Shown here piece after piece: positions 16,966 through 24,349 of a DNA stretch of 41,370 bases (position 1 is the stretch's first letter; the number at the start of each line of letters is the position of its first letter). The notes beneath the pieces are model-generated. The model ran no database searches and was not told the DNA's origin. It saw nothing but the letters and a program-made list of their open reading frames with translations. The position numbers were made by a program, and so were the translations under genes. Source of the stretch: an uncultured Pseudomonadales bacterium (GTDB lineage: Bacteria > Patescibacteriota > Microgenomatia > UBA1400 > UBA12108); assembly GCA_964610445.1 (NCBI GenBank), contig CAZSVV010000001.1, forward strand, positions 19,246 through 60,615. The letters are read 5' to 3'.

Positions 16966-17667
16966 TTATTTATCTATCAATTCCATCTCAAACTCTGGAG
17001 TCAGTACTACTTGTTGATTCGATGACTCAAACTCTATTGAATTACTAGATGCTCTGTATGTCTGAATGAAGCTATGCTCAACTTTTTTTGTTAGTATTTC
17101 CTCGTAATCAATATCTATAGCTAGCAGGTATGGGTAGATTTGAGTTACTCTCCAAATTTTTGCATCTAAGGAAACGTCACCCAAATACCAAATATCTTTA
17201 ACTTTAGGATTTATTTTTTTAAGTTGGGAATTTAAAATTGTCGCCGGGGGAATTGAGCCTCCGTTTTTTATATAACAAAGTATTGTTATTTCTGGATCTA
17301 TAATCTTATTCAGCTTAATTTTTTTCAAAGCAGATATTAGGTCTTCTTCGTGATTAGATTTTCTCCACTCAAATACCTCTAATTTTATATGTTGCTTTTC
17401 CGCACCTCTTTTTGATTTACTCATTACCAAAGAGAAGCAGTTAAAGTCTGGAGAGCCACTACTATCTGAGACTGAAGTAAGCCACCAATCTACTTTTGAA
17501 TGTTTCTGTAATGCAATCAGAAACATCGATGCTATCCAGGCTTCTCTTGTTACCTTATATTTTCTGTCTTTTAAAATTTTATCCCCAGTGGCTAAATATG
17601 TTTTTGCAAATAGTCGGATAGCTATATATGGATTAATAAGATAGTTTTCTGTATTTTCAATTTTCAT
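16966..17667 (-). CDS. Hypothetical protein in an AT-rich cassette (possible nuclease-like fold, unverified)
   Basis: 233 aa ORF, visibly more AT-rich than its neighbours. Contains SPDF ... KLEVFEWRK, loosely reminiscent of a PD-(D/E)xK core but not a clean match. Confidence 0.45.
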   Translation of the reverse strand: MKIENTENYLINPYIAIRLFAKTYLATGDKILKDRKYKVTREAWIASMFLIALQKHSKVDWWLTSVSDSSGSPDFNCFSLVMSKSKRGAEKQHIKLEVFEWRKSNHEEDLISALKKIKLNKIIDPEITILCYIKNGGSIPPATILNSQLKKINPKVKDIWYLGDVSLDAKIWRVTQIYPYLLAIDIDYEEILTKKVEHSFIQTYRASSNSIEFESSNQQVVLTPEFEMELIDK

Positions 17668-17701
17668 TGTTTTTCACTGGGTGACCATGTTGGAACTTTT
17701 T

Positions 17702-18190
17702 TTACACAAAATTTTGCGGTCTTACCTCATAATGTCCAAGATAACTCCCTGCTCCATCAGGCTTAAATGGCTCAATCACCGTAGCAACACCCTTTTCTGC
17801 CAATATTTCCCATAAGTGTTTAGCTCCCTCTGTTTGCGACCATTCGTGGGAACGAAATGTATACCCCTTACCAATACTGTCTTCTATTATTTTTGTGTAT
17901 ATTGCCATACCAAAACCTAGTCCTTTCCCTCTTAATTCTTCATCTACATGGATTCGCTCAGTAAATGAGATTTTTCTCTTAGTTGACTCTGTTACCCTAA
18001 CATCACCAATTATTTTCCCGTCGTGCCAGACGTCGTATTGTGTAGATATAAAGGTTCCTTTTCCGCCTGCATTATCAGGAGATACTGTTAATCTAACTTC
18101 TGGTAATGTATGGTTTGGATCTATTTTTTCTCTTACCCAAGATGAATTGTCTCTTATTGCATCCATGGGTGTGCTTGAACCGTCTGCCAT
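17702..18190 (-). CDS. GNAT-like N-acetyltransferase-fold protein (hypothetical)
   Basis: 162 aa. VDEELRGKGLGFGMAIY fits the GNAT motif A (R/Q-x-x-G-x-G/A) acetyl-CoA-binding loop. No Shine-Dalgarno. Preceded by a ~125-nt structured leader. Confidence 0.5.
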   Translation of the reverse strand: MADGSSTPMDAIRDNSSWVREKIDPNHTLPEVRLTVSPDNAGGKGTFISTQYDVWHDGKIIGDVRVTESTKRKISFTERIHVDEELRGKGLGFGMAIYTKIIEDSIGKGYTFRSHEWSQTEGAKHLWEILAEKGVATVIEPFKPDGAGSYLGHYEVRPQNFV

Positions 18191-18215
18191 GATGTATATT
18201 GTATAGGAATTTTGA

Positions 18216-18320
18216 GTGTTGCCGAGCAGGTCTCCCAGACATTCTGTCTGGAGGCATTTCTCAGGTGCCTACTGCACTTGATGTGCAGGACCCTCACCCT
18301 ACGGGTTCGAGCAAACTAGA
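18216..18320 (-). other. Hairpin-rich untranslated region (candidate 5' leader or small RNA) containing a copy of the tRNA-Gln 3' end
   Basis: Perfect hairpins on the minus strand: CUGCAC-AUCAA-GUGCAG, AGGCA-N9-UGCCU and CCAGACA-GAA-UGUCUGG, plus ACCC-N9-GGGU. A TATAAT box (minus strand, 18323-18328) sits just upstream. The 14-nt TGTTGCCGAGCAGG at 18217-18230 is duplicated at 18363-18376. Confidence 0.3.
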
Positions 18321-18330
18321 TAATTATATA

Positions 18331-18360
18331 AAAAAAGACGTATAGAAACGTCTTTTTTTG
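18331..18360. terminator. Rho-independent terminator downstream of tRNA-Gln (symmetric A6/T7 flanks)
   Basis: AAAAAAGACGT-ATAGAA-ACGTCTTTTTT is an 11-nt perfect inverted repeat with the GC core GACGT/ACGTC, directly after the tRNA 3' end. Confidence 0.7.
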
Positions 18361-18364
18361 CATG

Positions 18365-18435
18365 TTGCCGAGCAGGGACTCGAACCCCAATAAGCAGCTC
18401 CAGAAACTGCTGTCCTACCATTAGACGACTCGGCA
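18365..18435 (-). tRNA. tRNA-Gln (anticodon CUG)
   Basis: Manual cloverleaf. Acceptor UGCCGAG/CUCGGCA (the U1-A72 pair is typical of bacterial tRNA-Gln). D arm GUCU-AAUGGUA-GGAC. Anticodon arm GCAGU-UUCUGGA-GCUGC. T arm with a UUCGAGU loop. Discriminator A. No encoded CCA. Confidence 0.9.
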
Positions 18436-18631
18436 AAGATGTGGTTATTTTATCACTACCTACCCTGTTTTTGAAAAAGCGATTATTTGGGTAGGTTATC
18501 TAGTGTGGTTTGGTGGTTCTGTCGAAGCTCGTCGCGAAACCATAGAAATAGCAGTGAAGACAGATGAACCTCAACCAAACAGGCTAAAAATACTTCTAGA
18601 CTCCTAAGCCGGTTTACTAATTCAAGATTTA

Positions 18632-19393
18632 TCATTTCTTAGGTGGGAGCGGAAAGAAAGAGGAGGTTTGGCGGGCATAAGCAGCCCAGTCTTTACGACC
18701 TTTGTACTTGGCTTCGAGCATGGGGATACCCGAGACTTTGAGGAGGAGAAAATCGATCATAATGGGACCAACAAAAGCGAGGATGTTCCCCGAACTAAGA
18801 TATGCAATGAGCGCTATCCCCCACCAGAGCGTGGCCTCGCCAAAGTAGTTTGGGTGTCTAGTATATTTCCAGAGCCCTGTCGTCATGAGCTTACCTTTGC
18901 TAGTTTTTTTGCTTTTGAAGACTGTGAGCTGATAATCGCCGATTGCTTCGAAGTAGAATCCGAGGAGCCAGATAGCAGAACCGATTAGTAGCCACTGTCC
19001 TGTTACGGCCGTGCTACCTGATCCTAGCAAGATCGGAATAGAGACTATTTGCATAAAGAGCCACTGAAGCAAGTACACCTGCAAAAATGAACGGACCAAC
19101 CACCATTTGCCCCAGTCTTTACGCCATTGGGCATAACGAAAATCTTCTTTTTGCCCTAAGTTACGCAGACCAATGTGTGTAGCCAGTCGTACCCCCCAGG
19201 CTGTCGTTAAAACCATGATAAGAGTGGTGACAGTGGTCGGATTACGCAAGTAGACCAAAACCGAAATCAAGACAAAACCTAATCCCCAGATAATGTCGAC
19301 GATCCCGTTGTTTTTGATTAGGGTCGCGACCAGAAATGTAGTTATAAATAGGGCCAAGCTAGCGAGCGAGGTGGTGAGCAGTAATGTTTCCAT
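18632..19393 (-). CDS. DUF1295 / steroid 5-alpha-reductase-like membrane protein
   Basis: 253 aa, multi-TM. LWKYTRHPNYFGEATLWWG is the family signature. Confidence 0.85.
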   Translation of the reverse strand: METLLLTTSLASLALFITTFLVATLIKNNGIVDIIWGLGFVLISVLVYLRNPTTVTTLIMVLTTAWGVRLATHIGLRNLGQKEDFRYAQWRKDWGKWWLVRSFLQVYLLQWLFMQIVSIPILLGSGSTAVTGQWLLIGSAIWLLGFYFEAIGDYQLTVFKSKKTSKGKLMTTGLWKYTRHPNYFGEATLWWGIALIAYLSSGNILAFVGPIMIDFLLLKVSGIPMLEAKYKGRKDWAAYARQTSSFFPLPPKK

Positions 19394-19420
19394 AGTACCT
19401 ATGCTACCATACAGCTAGTT

Positions 19421-20020
19421 ATGCAGATACGAGATCTATACGACAAGTACAACATAATGCCACAACTACGCGAGCATCAGCTAAGAGTTGGTGGAATCGC
19501 TAGGCTGATTACCGATGATCATGACAGCATCGTTACAGCACTAGTTCACGACATGGGGAATATAGTTAAGTTTGATCTGGATAACCCAGTCACTTTGATA
19601 AGCGATGTAGACAAATGGAAAAGAGAACAAGCACATGTTCGAAAAACTTATGGTCATGACGCTCACGAAGCAACATATGCGATCCTAAAAGAAGCGGGTT
19701 TGGATAAATACAACACACATCTAAGAGACGAGGGAAGAGCCTATGATAATGAAACTCTAGATATTAACTTTTTTGAGAGTATGTCTAAACCTGCTCTTTT
19801 TACTTTATATGGAGATATGAGAGTCAGTGTGGTTGGAGTAGTGAGCATGCAAGAAAGAATAGAAGACTTGGAGAGAAGATATGGAGCACCCAGAACAGAG
19901 TCTAAATGGGTAAACAAGCTCGAAGACTATATACAATCAATTGCAAGTATCGATGTGAGGTCCATTACTGAAGAGTCGGTGGAGCCACTTTTTGACGAGC
20001 TGTTGACAATGACCGTATAA
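19421..20020 (+). CDS. HD-superfamily phosphohydrolase-like protein
   Basis: 199 aa. An early His (REHQLRV) followed by LVHDMGN (the HD doublet). Confidence 0.5.
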   Translation: MQIRDLYDKYNIMPQLREHQLRVGGIARLITDDHDSIVTALVHDMGNIVKFDLDNPVTLISDVDKWKREQAHVRKTYGHDAHEATYAILKEAGLDKYNTHLRDEGRAYDNETLDINFFESMSKPALFTLYGDMRVSVVGVVSMQERIEDLERRYGAPRTESKWVNKLEDYIQSIASIDVRSITEESVEPLFDELLTMTV

Positions 20021-20033
20021 TGTAACTAATTGA

Positions 20034-20193
20034 AAAAGCGATGAAGGGGTCCCCACCCTAGAGCTGGATACGATGAGTATCCCGTAACTGTACGAGAAAC
20101 AGTAATTAAGTGGTAAGCAAGGTGGTACCGCGAGTAACCTCGCCCTTGTTCCCGACACCAAAAAGGTGTTAGGAATAGTGGCGAGGTTTTTTG
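20034..20193 (+). promoter_or_regulatory. T-box riboswitch leader controlling proS (transcription attenuation type)
   Basis: GCGAUGA GA-motif. T-box sequence AAGGUGGUACCGCG. Antiterminator CAAGG[UGGUACC]GCGAG-UAAC-CUCGC-CCUUG (20118-20148). Competing terminator AACCUCGCC...GGCGAGGUU (20136-20188) followed by a U-run. A Pro-codon-containing hairpin loop GUCCCCA lies at 20049-20055. Confidence 0.85.
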
Positions 20194-20224
20194 TTACAAA
20201 AATTATTAATAATTGGAGATAAAT

Positions 20225-21466
20225 ATGAAGTATTCAAAACTATTTAGTAAGACACTAAAGTCAGCACCGGCTAATGCTGACACGGTCAACCATAAACTAC
20301 TAGTGCAAGCTGGTTATGTGCGTCAAGTGATGGCGGGTGTTTATACCTACACTCCCCTTGGTCTTAGAGTGTTAAACAAAATAAGCAACATTATTCGTGA
20401 AGAGATGAACGAGATAGGTGGTCAAGAAGTACTCATGCCCCTTCTACACCCTAGTTCTATCTGGAAGCAAACAGGTGGCTGGGACAAGATCGATGTGCTA
20501 TTTAAAGTAAAAAGTCGTACAGGAAAAGACTACGCGCTAGCACAAAGTAACGAAGAGACCGTCACTCCTCTAGTTAAAGAGTGGATCCACAGCGAGCGCG
20601 ATCTCCCACTAGCGGTTTATCACATTAACGCTAAGTTTCGTGATGAGCTACGCAGCAAATCCGGGATACTCCGCGGACGCGAATTCCTAATGAAAGATAT
20701 GTATAGCTGGCACAGTAATCAAGCCGACTTTGATCGCTTTTACCAAATCGTAAAAGAGGCCTACTTTAAAATCTTTGACCGACTCGGACTATCCGCCAAA
20801 GCGACAGAAGCATCAGGAGGAGCATTTACCGAAAAAGTAAGTTATGAGTTTGAGGTACTATCTGATGCAGGGGAAGCTCATATCCTCCATTGCCCTAGCT
20901 GTAACTGGTGCGTGAACTCTGATGACATTACTACTTATAAAGTGGGTGATGAATGCCATAAATGTAAGGCAGGAAAGCTAGAATCAGCAAAAGCTGCTGA
21001 GTTAGGTAATGTCTTTGATCTAGGTACCAAGTACACCAAAGCATTTGATATTAGTGTCATAAATAGTGAGGGAGAGAAGATCTATCCGATCATGGGATGC
21101 TACGGGATTGGGATCTCGCGCACGATGGGAGTAATCGTTGAGACATTTAATGACGAACGAGGGATTATATGGCCTGAAACTGTTGCACCATTTAAAGTAC
21201 ATCTCGTGTCTCTAGCTGGCAAGAGTGAAGAAGTAGCTCGGCGAGCGGATGGAGTATATGCAGAACTAACGAAATTAGGCTTTGAAGTGCTATACGACGA
21301 GCGAGAAAATGTGGGTGCAGGAGCTAAGCTAGCAGATGCCGACCTACTAGGAATACCCTACCGCGTAGTCGTATCAGAAAAATCAGGCGAGCTTGTGGAG
21401 CTGAAAAAGAGAAACGAAAAGGAAGCCAAGTTGATTAGCCTAGCTGAACTAGTTAAGTCGCTCTAA
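20225..21466 (+). CDS. proS: Prolyl-tRNA synthetase, bacterial-type core lacking the INS editing domain
   Basis: N-terminus KYSKLFSKTLKSAPANADTVNHKLLVQAGYVRQVMAGVYTYTPLGLRVL. Motif 2 FRDELRSKSGILRGREFLMKDMYSWH. Motif 3 GCYGIGISR. C-terminal anticodon-binding domain present. Start set at ATG 20225 (GGAG 6 nt upstream); the track start at 20213 is TTG. Confidence 0.95.
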   Translation: MKYSKLFSKTLKSAPANADTVNHKLLVQAGYVRQVMAGVYTYTPLGLRVLNKISNIIREEMNEIGGQEVLMPLLHPSSIWKQTGGWDKIDVLFKVKSRTGKDYALAQSNEETVTPLVKEWIHSERDLPLAVYHINAKFRDELRSKSGILRGREFLMKDMYSWHSNQADFDRFYQIVKEAYFKIFDRLGLSAKATEASGGAFTEKVSYEFEVLSDAGEAHILHCPSCNWCVNSDDITTYKVGDECHKCKAGKLESAKAAELGNVFDLGTKYTKAFDISVINSEGEKIYPIMGCYGIGISRTMGVIVETFNDERGIIWPETVAPFKVHLVSLAGKSEEVARRADGVYAELTKLGFEVLYDERENVGAGAKLADADLLGIPYRVVVSEKSGELVELKKRNEKEAKLISLAELVKSL

Positions 21467-22771
21467 AACAGCGTCCCGACCTAGGATGAGCATGGACTCA
21501 GTGAGTGGAGGGCTAACTTTTTTGCCGGTAACTGCCAGGCGCATAGCAGCAAAGAATGGACCATTCTTCCAGCCCTTACCTTTAACTGCCTCGACGAGTG
21601 CTGTTTCTATCCCCTCTTTGGACCAGTCGCAACTACTTAGGATCTCTTTGGCTAGTTGGATATATAACACCTCATCAGTAGTTAGCTCGGGTCTAACCGG
21701 CTTACTAAAGAAGAACTCAGTAAGTGAGCTAAACTCGGAGAGCAAACTAATACGAGTCTTAATGAGTGGAATGATAGATAGAAGCAGCCCATCATTTGCA
21801 TCTGCTGGAGCGTACGGGCGGATGAGAGGGAGTAGCCCATTATCTGGGATCTGACGAATATATTGGCCATTAAAATAGTTTAGTTTGTCTATAAAGAACC
21901 TGGGGTTGGCATCCTGAAAACCGGAAGCGTCAAAATGCTCAACAAACTCGGGTAGCGTGTAGAGCTCGCGGTTATCTTTGGGGGCCCAGCCGAGGAGAGC
22001 CACAAAGTTGAGGAGAGCCTCCGGAAGGTATCCCTGTTTGAGATAATCCTCGCAGAACACACTATCTCTTCTTTTACTCAATTTTTTGCCTGTAGTTGGG
22101 GACATGATATCTGTCAAGTGGCCAATCGCTGGCATGGGTTTGTCGCCCCTAAGATAGTTGAGTACTAAGACATGGATCGGAGTGGAGGGCAACCAGTCAT
22201 GACCTCGTAGAATATGGGTGATGTTCATATCTAGATCATCGACCATCGCGGCGAGCGCGTAGGTTGGGAAAGTATCGGTCTTGAGCAAGGTTGCGTCGTA
22301 GACGGTATTACTATCCCAAGTAATGTCTTTTTTGTGGGCAAAATCGTGATAGGTAATCTTTTGATTATCTGGGACCCTCAGCTTGATAGCACCACTATTA
22401 AAGCCTTTATCCCTACATGGGTCACGCATTACTGTTGAGTAGCCATCGGTATGAGCATTCTTGGGTGGGCACTGGCAGTAGAAGGCATGGCCATCGCTAA
22501 GTAGTTTTTGGGCTGCAGCCTGATAGATCCCTGTCTTTTGCCTCTCTGATTGGATATAAAATTCGTCCCATGTAATACCAAATTTTTTCAGAACTATTTG
22601 GAGTGATTCTAATGCTCCTTCTACCTCTCTCTTTTGATCTGTGTCTTCGATCCTGAGGATAAAGTCCCCTCCCTCATGCCGAGCCATAGCATAGGCATAG
22701 AGAGCAGTGCGCAAGCTACCAATATGCAGGAATCCGGTGGGAGATGGGGCAAAACGAGTGCGAATAGTCAT
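21449..22771 (-). CDS. gltX: Glutamyl-tRNA synthetase
   Basis: RFAPSPTGFLHIGSLRTAL (HIGH-type motif), RIEDTD and KLSKR (KMSKS). 440 aa. Its 3' end overlaps the proS 3' end by 18 nt. Confidence 0.95.
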   Translation of the reverse strand: MTIRTRFAPSPTGFLHIGSLRTALYAYAMARHEGGDFILRIEDTDQKREVEGALESLQIVLKKFGITWDEFYIQSERQKTGIYQAAAQKLLSDGHAFYCQCPPKNAHTDGYSTVMRDPCRDKGFNSGAIKLRVPDNQKITYHDFAHKKDITWDSNTVYDATLLKTDTFPTYALAAMVDDLDMNITHILRGHDWLPSTPIHVLVLNYLRGDKPMPAIGHLTDIMSPTTGKKLSKRRDSVFCEDYLKQGYLPEALLNFVALLGWAPKDNRELYTLPEFVEHFDASGFQDANPRFFIDKLNYFNGQYIRQIPDNGLLPLIRPYAPADANDGLLLSIIPLIKTRISLLSEFSSLTEFFFSKPVRPELTTDEVLYIQLAKEILSSCDWSKEGIETALVEAVKGKGWKNGPFFAAMRLAVTGKKVSPPLTESMLILGRDAVLERLN

Positions 22772-22794
22772 AAGAAGTATTATATACTAGAGTC

Positions 22795-23844
22795 ATGGCA
22801 ACACTCGGAGAGACTGCAATCGTCGCGCGAAAAGCGATCAAATTTGGGGCGATTGGACTCGTGGTCCTAATGATAGGCCGGGTAGTTGTGACCTCTGCAT
22901 ATACCTACTGGAAAACACTTCACCCTGACCCACCACCACCACCTGATGTAAAGTTTGGTAGATTGCCTAAGCTAGTGTTCCCCCAAAAGGAGCCGATCCC
23001 TATCCAATATAGCCTCGAAACTAGAACGGGCGCACTGCCAACTAATCTACCCACTCAGTTTACGGTCTACTTTATGCCGATCAAAAAACCGAGCCTACTT
23101 GCTTATGATGCCGCAAAGAACGTAGCAAATAGGCTAGATTTTATTGCAGAGCCGCTCAAACTATCTGAAGATACTTACCGCTGGGATGCTAGCGACCCAA
23201 TCCCGTCGACTTTTACTATAAATGTCATAACTGGTGCGTTTGTACTAGACCGTCGGTGGCAGGTCGAACCTTCGTATACTACCCCCAACTTAATCTTTAA
23301 TGACGAACAGGCAGAAGACAGGGTATTAAACATTTTATCGAGACTAGAGCTACTACCTGATGACATTAAAGAAGGTGAAGTCACGATGAACGAGCTCAAA
23401 GCAGACAAAGACCAGATAGTCACCGCTGTATCGAGATCGCAAGCTAACTTTGTGAGAGTGAACCTATATCGCAAGCCAGTTGAGGAAATACCTGTCGTAT
23501 ACCCTAGGAGCGATAGAGGTCCCATCTCGGTGATCCTGGCACTACAGAGAGATGAGGATAAACAGTTTGTAAATATAGACTATAACTACTATCCAGTAGA
23601 GCGAGAGACGAGTGCGGTCTATCCGATCATCTCGGCGGCCGAAGCATGGAAGAGACTCCAAGCAGGTAATGGGTATGTGGTTAATGTTAAACAAAATGTG
23701 GCTACCACAGTCGTGCGAGAGATCAGCATCGAATACTATGATGCTGAGGAACCACAACAATACCTACAACCTGTATATGTTTTTCGGGGTGATAATGATT
23801 TTGTCGCTTATGTCCCGGCGCTGTCAGATGCGTGGGTGGAATAA
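22795..23844 (+). CDS. Membrane-anchored hypothetical protein
   Basis: 349 aa. Single N-terminal TM helix followed by a PDPPPPPD linker and a soluble domain with no recognisable motif. Confidence 0.55.
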   Translation: MATLGETAIVARKAIKFGAIGLVVLMIGRVVVTSAYTYWKTLHPDPPPPPDVKFGRLPKLVFPQKEPIPIQYSLETRTGALPTNLPTQFTVYFMPIKKPSLLAYDAAKNVANRLDFIAEPLKLSEDTYRWDASDPIPSTFTINVITGAFVLDRRWQVEPSYTTPNLIFNDEQAEDRVLNILSRLELLPDDIKEGEVTMNELKADKDQIVTAVSRSQANFVRVNLYRKPVEEIPVVYPRSDRGPISVILALQRDEDKQFVNIDYNYYPVERETSAVYPIISAAEAWKRLQAGNGYVVNVKQNVATTVVREISIEYYDAEEPQQYLQPVYVFRGDNDFVAYVPALSDAWVE

Positions 23845-23849
23845 TTTCT

Positions 23850-24347
23850 TTAAGTTAGATTAGTTACCACAGGGTGCACTATCTTAATGTAATCGCGTGA
23901 ATACATTCCAATAGAGTAAGATCTATCTCCTGCGTTGAATACAATTTTTTCGTTAGCTAGTAGCTCAGAATCAGCGATAACTTCGAGATTAAAGAGGTTG
24001 CCAAATGGAGGCACACCTCCGGGTAATATCCCCCCAGTAATTTCTGATACTTCTTCGACTGTTGCGAAACGAATATCCTTGGCACTATAGATACTCTTAA
24101 CTTTGGCAGTATCAAAGCGACGATCACCAGGTATCACAATCATTACAAACTTTTTGTTCTGACTACTGATTTTGACACGAGCGATGATTGCTTTTGCACC
24201 TTGATGCAGAGTGTAGCCTGTCCGAACTTTTGCGGCCTCCTCACTTGTTTTGACAGGCTCGTGTTCAAAAGTCTCGAACCAACAATCATGCTCGCCTAAT
24301 AGTTCGCGGATCTCCTGGGTCGTAGGATGATATATTTTGTTAGACAT
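23850..24347 (-). CDS. YbaK/ProX/EbsC-family aminoacyl-tRNA trans-editing deacylase
   Basis: 165 aa. HQGAKAIIARV...FVMIVIPGDRRFD..KV...GGILPGGVPPFG matches the YbaK/ProRS-associated domain pattern (the conserved Lys region and the GxxPxG loop). Confidence 0.8.
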   Translation of the reverse strand: MSNKIYHPTTQEIRELLGEHDCWFETFEHEPVKTSEEAAKVRTGYTLHQGAKAIIARVKISSQNKKFVMIVIPGDRRFDTAKVKSIYSAKDIRFATVEEVSEITGGILPGGVPPFGNLFNLEVIADSELLANEKIVFNAGDRSYSIGMYSRDYIKIVHPVVTNLT

Positions 24348-24349
24348 AG

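Noticed and set aside
18216-18320. Possible second tRNA gene. It has a hairpin with an anticodon-loop-like CUGAGAA, a long variable-arm-like stem, and shares a 3' end with tRNA-Gln.
   Set aside because: There is no T arm and no TTCRA loop in the right place. The 5' end cannot form a 7-bp acceptor stem with the shared 3' end. The best candidate anticodon stem needs a C-A mismatch. I kept it only as an unexplained structured region.
19937-20161. 74-aa minus-strand ORF spanning the proS upstream region.
   Set aside because: It overlaps the 3' end of the HD-domain gene and most of the T-box leader. The conserved RNA motifs explain the sequence better than a protein with no start context.
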